This document shows, piece after piece, positions 59,610 through 64,000 of a DNA stretch of 64,000 nucleotides (its first letter is position 1; each line of letters opens with the position of its first letter). The notes beneath the pieces are model-generated. The model was not told where the DNA came from. It saw only the letters and a list, made by a program, of their open reading frames with translations, and did no database searches. Source of the stretch: an uncultured Gemmatimonadales bacterium (GTDB taxonomy: Bacteria; Gemmatimonadota; Gemmatimonadetes; Longimicrobiales; Longimicrobiaceae); contig OY970303.1 of NCBI GenBank assembly GCA_963716255.1, positions 5,504,001-5,568,000 on the forward strand, written 5' to 3'. The translations under genes were made by a program, and so were the position numbers.

Positions 59610-60553
59610 TGCGCACCCTGCTCCGGCGGCTGGCCGTGCTCCTGCTGCTCCTGGTGGCGGCCGACCAGGCGATCGGGCGGGCGCTGGCCCGCATGTTCTG
59701 GAGCCCGGCGAACACCGAGCTGGACGACATCTCGCCGGGGATCCGCTACGCCCCGCAGGTGGTGGTGTCGGGGAGCTCGCGCGCGAAGACGCACTACGTG
59801 GTGGACAGCCTGGGGGCGTACCTGGGGAAGCGGGCGTACAACTTCGGGCGGGACGGGCAGCGCTCCTCGCAGTACCACTACGCCGTCGCGCGGATGGTGC
59901 TGTCCCACGAGGTGCCGGAGCTGTGGCTGCTGGAGGTGGACGAGGGGGTGTTCGCGGGCGAGGAGGACACCGGGCGCCTGGCCGACCTGCTCCCCTTCGC
60001 GGACCGCTACCCCGCGGTGCGCGAGGTGGTGCGGGCGCGCTCGGCGACGGAGCCGCTGAAGCTGTGGTCGCGCATCTACCCGTACAACTCGCTGGCGCTG
60101 ACGCTGGTGAAGTCGCGGATCCGGCCCAATGGGCCGGTGGCGCGAAACGGCTTCCGCCCGCTCCGGGGCGAGCTCGCCGCCCCGGGCGCCTCCGCCGGGT
60201 TCGCCTCCGCCGCGGGGGAGCACGCCGCGGCCGGCAGGGTGAACGCGCGCAAGCTGGACTACCTGCGGCGCACCCTCCGCGAGCTGCGCGGCCGGGGCGT
60301 GCGGGTGGTGGCGGTGCGGAGCCCCGTGTACCCGGAGTCGCCGGAGGCGTGGCGGGCGCACCGCCGCGAGGGCGACCGGCTCCGCGCCCTGTTCGCGCGG
60401 CTGGGGGTCCGCTTCGTGGACATGCAGGCCACGGGCGACGGCGGCTTCGCGGACCCCGCGCTCTTCAGCGACGCCCGCCACCTCAACGAGGGCGGGGCCA
60501 CCCGCTTCACCCGGGCGCTCGCCGACTCCCTCCTGCGGGGGCCGTCGCGTTGA
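59609..60553 (+). CDS. SGNH-like periplasmic acyl-transfer partner (AlgJ/DltD-like)
   Basis: N-terminal membrane anchor, GSSRA and D..HLN (FSDARHLN) motifs; TGATG coupling to the MBOAT gene. Confidence 0.72.
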   Translation: MRTLLRRLAVLLLLLVAADQAIGRALARMFWSPANTELDDISPGIRYAPQVVVSGSSRAKTHYVVDSLGAYLGKRAYNFGRDGQRSSQYHYAVARMVLSHEVPELWLLEVDEGVFAGEEDTGRLADLLPFADRYPAVREVVRARSATEPLKLWSRIYPYNSLALTLVKSRIRPNGPVARNGFRPLRGELAAPGASAGFASAAGEHAAAGRVNARKLDYLRRTLRELRGRGVRVVAVRSPVYPESPEAWRAHRREGDRLRALFARLGVRFVDMQATGDGGFADPALFSDARHLNEGGATRFTRALADSLLRGPSR

Positions 60554-60573
60554 TCCGCCCCGGCGGGGCCGCG

Positions 60574-61677
60574 GTGCGCATCACGCTGGTCATCCCTTCG
60601 CTCGGCTCCGGCGGGGCGGAGCGGGTGATGTCCACGCTCGCCGGGATGTGGGCCGCGCGCGGGGAGGAGGTCACGCTGGTCACCAGCGAGCCGGCCGCGG
60701 CGGACTTCTTCCCCCTGCACCCGGCGGTGCGGCAGGTGTCGCTGGAGCTGCCCGCGCCTGCGGACCCGTCGCGGAAGGCGAAGCTCCTCCCCCACGTGCT
60801 GCGGATCGCGGCGGGGCTGCGGCGCGAGATCCGGGCGTCGCGGCCGGACGTGGTGGTGAGCTTCATGGAGGTCACCAACGTGCTTGCGCTGGTGGCCACC
60901 CGCGGCCTGCGCGTCCCGGTGATCGTGTCCGAGCGCACCGACCCCCGGCAGTACGGGGCGAGCCGGATCTGGCGGTGGCTGCGGCGGCGGCTCTACCCGC
61001 GCGCCGCCGCCGTGGTGGTGCAGACGGAGTCCGTGCGCGAGTGGGCGCTGGAGTTCCTGGCGGCGGAAAGGGTCCACGTGATCCCCAACCCCGTCCTCGC
61101 CCCGCCCGCCGCCGGGGAGCGCCGTCCCGGTCTCCCCGCCGGGCCGTTCGTGGTGGCGATGGGGCGGCTGCACTCCGACAAGGGCTTCGACCTGCTGCTG
61201 CGCGCCATCGCGCCCTCCCTGGAGCGGCACCCGGAGTGGTCGCTGCTGGTGCTGGGCGAGGGGCCCGACCGCGCCGCGCTGGAGGGGCTGGCGGCGGAGC
61301 TGGGGATCGCCGGCCGGGTGGGGTTCCCGGGGCGGGTCGCCGACCCGGACGCGGTGCTCGCCCACGCGGCGCTGTTCGTGCTCTCGTCGCGCTTCGAGGG
61401 ATTTCCCAACGCGCTGGTGGAGGCCATGGCGTGCGGGGTGGCGGTGGTGAGCGCCGACTGCCGCTCGGGGCCGGCGGAGATCGTCCGGGACGGCGTGGAC
61501 GGCGTCCTGGTGCCGCCGGGCGATGCGGACGCGCTGGGCGCCGCGATCGAGCGCCTGGTGTCGGACCCCGCGGAGCGGGAGCGCCTTGCCGCGCGGGCGC
61601 CGGAGGTGGTGGCGCGCTTCGGGGCGGAGGGAGTGCTGGAGATGTGGAACGAGCGGATCCGGGCGTGTGTCGCGTGA
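60574..61677 (+). CDS. GT4 family glycosyltransferase (PglJ/AmsD-like)
   Basis: GGAERV, GRLHSDKGFD, SSRFEGFPNALVEAMACG; alternative TTG start at 60550. Confidence 0.9.
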   Translation: MRITLVIPSLGSGGAERVMSTLAGMWAARGEEVTLVTSEPAAADFFPLHPAVRQVSLELPAPADPSRKAKLLPHVLRIAAGLRREIRASRPDVVVSFMEVTNVLALVATRGLRVPVIVSERTDPRQYGASRIWRWLRRRLYPRAAAVVVQTESVREWALEFLAAERVHVIPNPVLAPPAAGERRPGLPAGPFVVAMGRLHSDKGFDLLLRAIAPSLERHPEWSLLVLGEGPDRAALEGLAAELGIAGRVGFPGRVADPDAVLAHAALFVLSSRFEGFPNALVEAMACGVAVVSADCRSGPAEIVRDGVDGVLVPPGDADALGAAIERLVSDPAERERLAARAPEVVARFGAEGVLEMWNERIRACVA

Positions 61678-61741
61678 GTGCCGCGGCCCGGGAGCGGCGC
61701 GGCCGGGAACGCCGCGGGAACCAGCGCGTGGAGAGCGCCTG

Positions 61742-63715
61742 ATGTGCGGAATCGCCGGTTTCATCGACGCGTCCGGCGGCCGGGGGGAGGACGACCTCCG
61801 CCGCCTGGCCCGCGGCATGGCGGACCGCATCCGGCACCGCGGCCCGGACGACGGCGGGGAGTGGGCGGACGCCGGCGCGGGGGTCGCCTTCGGCTTCCGC
61901 CGCCTGGCCATCCAGGACCTGTCGCCGGCGGGGCACCAGCCCATGGAGTCGGCGTCGGGGCGCTACGTCGTCGCTTTCAACGGCGAGGTCTACAACTTCG
62001 GCGACATCCGCCGGGAGCTGGAGCGCGACGGCCTCGCCCCCCATTTCCGCGGGCACTCGGACACCGAGGTGATGCTCGCCGCCTTCGAGGCGTGGGGGCT
62101 GGCGGGGGCGCTCCCGCGCTTCGTCGGCATGTTCGCGATCGCGCTCTGGGACCGGCGGGAGCGGCTCCTGCACCTGGTGCGCGACCGGGTGGGGATCAAG
62201 CCGCTGTACTACGGCTGGAGCGGAGGGGCGCTGCTGTGGGGCTCGGAGCTGGCGGCGCTGCGCGGCCACCCCGCGTTCCGCGGCGAGGTGGACCGCGGCG
62301 CGCTGGGGCTCCTGCTGCGCCACGGCTACGTCCCCGCGCCGCACAGCATCTACCGGGGGATCCGCAAGCTCCCCCCGGGGACCACGCTGACCTTTTCGGG
62401 CGACGCGCTGCGGAACGGCGAATGGCCCGAGCCCGTCCCCTACTGGTCCGCCCGCGCCGTCGCCGAGGCCGGCGAGGCCGACCCCTTCGCCGGCACGGAC
62501 GAGGAGGCGGTCGAGCGGCTGGACGCGGCGATCCGCGACGCGGTGGGGCTGCGGATGATCGCCGACGTCCCCCTGGGGGCCTTCCTGTCGGGCGGGGTGG
62601 ACTCGTCGCTGGTGGCGGCGATGATGCAGGCGCAGAGCAGCCGGCCGGTGCGCACCTTCAGCATCGGCTTCCGCGAGGCCGCTTTCGACGAGGCGCCGCA
62701 CGCGCGGGCCGTGGCCCGGCACCTGGGCACCGACCACACCGAGCTGTACGTGTCGGCCGCGGACGCCATGCAGGTCATCCCGCGCCTCCCGTCGCTCTTT
62801 TCCGAGCCGTTCGCAGACAGCTCGCAGGTTCCCACCTACCTGGTGTCGGAGCTGGCGCGGCGGCACGTGACCGTGAGCCTTTCCGGCGACGGCGGCGACG
62901 AGCTGTTCGCCGGGTACACGCGCTACCCCCGCCTCGCCGGGCTGTCGGAGCGCATCGGCGCGGTCCCCCGCCCCCTCCGCGCGGGCGCCGCGGCGGCGAT
63001 GGCCGCGGCCGCCCCCGGCGGGCGCGCGCTCTGGAGCGGGGTGGGCGCGGTGGTCCCGGGGCGGTGGGGCCGCGGCAACCCCTGGGAGAAGGTGGCCAAG
63101 CTGGCGGACCTGCTGCGCGCGGAGGACGGCGAGACGCTGTACCGCAGGATGATCTCGCACTGGGACGACCCGTCCCTGGCGCTCCGCGGCGGGCACGCGG
63201 AATCGTCCAGCGTGCTGGCGACCCGCTCCGACTGGGCGTCGCTGCGCAGCCCGCTCCAGCGGCTGATGTACCTGGACACGGTGAGCTACCTCCCCGACGA
63301 CATCCTGGTGAAGGTGGACCGCGCCAGCATGGCCGTGAGCCTGGAGGCGCGCGTGCCGCTGCTGGACCACCGCGTGGTGGAGCTCGCCTGGCGCCTGCCG
63401 CTGCGCCTCAAGGTGCGCGGCGGCCAGGGGAAGTGGATCCTGCGCCGGGTGCTGGACCGGTACGTGCCCCGGGCGCTGATCGAGCGGCCCAAGATGGGCT
63501 TCGGGGTGCCGGTGGGCGAGTGGCTGCGGGGGCCGCTCCGCGACTGGGCCGAGCCGCTGCTGGACGAGCGGCGCCTGCGGGACGAGGGCTTCTTCGACCC
63601 CGCCCCCGTGCGCGCCCGCTGGCGCGAGCACCTGTCCGGCCGCTTCAACCGCGAGAGCCAGCTGTGGGGCGTGCTGATGTTCCAGGCCTGGCTGGCGGAG
63701 CAGGGAGGCGCGTGA
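61742..63715 (+). CDS. asnB: Asparagine synthase-like glutamine amidotransferase (probable polysaccharide amidation)
   Basis: N-terminal MCGIAG, HRGPD, FNGEVYNF, FLSGGVDSS, SGDGGDELF, KVDRASMAVSLEARVP. Confidence 0.93.
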   Translation: MCGIAGFIDASGGRGEDDLRRLARGMADRIRHRGPDDGGEWADAGAGVAFGFRRLAIQDLSPAGHQPMESASGRYVVAFNGEVYNFGDIRRELERDGLAPHFRGHSDTEVMLAAFEAWGLAGALPRFVGMFAIALWDRRERLLHLVRDRVGIKPLYYGWSGGALLWGSELAALRGHPAFRGEVDRGALGLLLRHGYVPAPHSIYRGIRKLPPGTTLTFSGDALRNGEWPEPVPYWSARAVAEAGEADPFAGTDEEAVERLDAAIRDAVGLRMIADVPLGAFLSGGVDSSLVAAMMQAQSSRPVRTFSIGFREAAFDEAPHARAVARHLGTDHTELYVSAADAMQVIPRLPSLFSEPFADSSQVPTYLVSELARRHVTVSLSGDGGDELFAGYTRYPRLAGLSERIGAVPRPLRAGAAAAMAAAAPGGRALWSGVGAVVPGRWGRGNPWEKVAKLADLLRAEDGETLYRRMISHWDDPSLALRGGHAESSSVLATRSDWASLRSPLQRLMYLDTVSYLPDDILVKVDRASMAVSLEARVPLLDHRVVELAWRLPLRLKVRGGQGKWILRRVLDRYVPRALIERPKMGFGVPVGEWLRGPLRDWAEPLLDERRLRDEGFFDPAPVRARWREHLSGRFNRESQLWGVLMFQAWLAEQGGA

Positions 63716-64000
63716 GGCCGCCGCACCCCTCCGGCGCCCCCGCGGCGCTGTACCTGTCGTACGACGGGATGACCGACCCGCTCGGCCAGTCGCAGGTCAT
63801 CCCCTACCTGGTGGGGCTGGCGCGGGAAGGCTACCGCATCCACCTGGTGAGCTTCGAGAAGCCCGAGCGCTTCGCCGCCGGCCGGGCGCGCATCGCCGCC
63901 CTGCTGGCCGCCGCGGGGATCGAGTGGCACCCGCTCCCCTACACCCGCCGCCCGCCGGTGCTTTCCACCGTGCGGGACGTCGTCCGCATGCGCCGCCTGG
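63712..64000 (+). CDS. GT4-like glycosyltransferase, N-terminal part (runs off window)
   Basis: GTG overlaps the asnB stop; hand translation gives LYLSYDGMTDPLGQSQVIPYLVGL, open to the window end. Confidence 0.7.
   Translation, partial: MRPPHPSGAPAALYLSYDGMTDPLGQSQVIPYLVGLAREGYRIHLVSFEKPERFAAGRARIAALLAAAGIEWHPLPYTRRPPVLSTVRDVVRMRRL

Overview
The window is a very GC-rich bacterial segment filled almost entirely by one large surface-polysaccharide locus of about 51 genes, running off the right edge. Gemmatimonadota (Longimicrobium-like) is a guess from composition and gene types, not a tested result. It encodes four Wzi-like outer-membrane beta-barrels (one fused to LysM), both ABC-type (Wzm/Wzt) and Wzy-type (Wzx, Wzy-like, Wza/OPX, Wzc) export parts, about 18 glycosyltransferases (GT4, GT2, GT9, GT61), five SAM methyltransferases, an MBOAT/SGNH O-acylation pair and an AsnB-like amidotransferase. 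Nucleotide-sugar genes cover HexNAcA, GDP-fucose, UDP-GlcA/UDP-Xyl and a dTDP-3-acylamino-3,6-dideoxyhexose. Two duplicated head modules 43 kb apart organise the locus: structured repeat, divergent Wzi-like pair with a conserved bidirectional promoter, then an NDP-sugar dehydrogenase. The most striking non-coding signal is a ~130-150 bp intergenic element in five copies whose internal stems differ in sequence yet remain perfectly paired. Product calls come from motif recognition by eye; no database searches were run.
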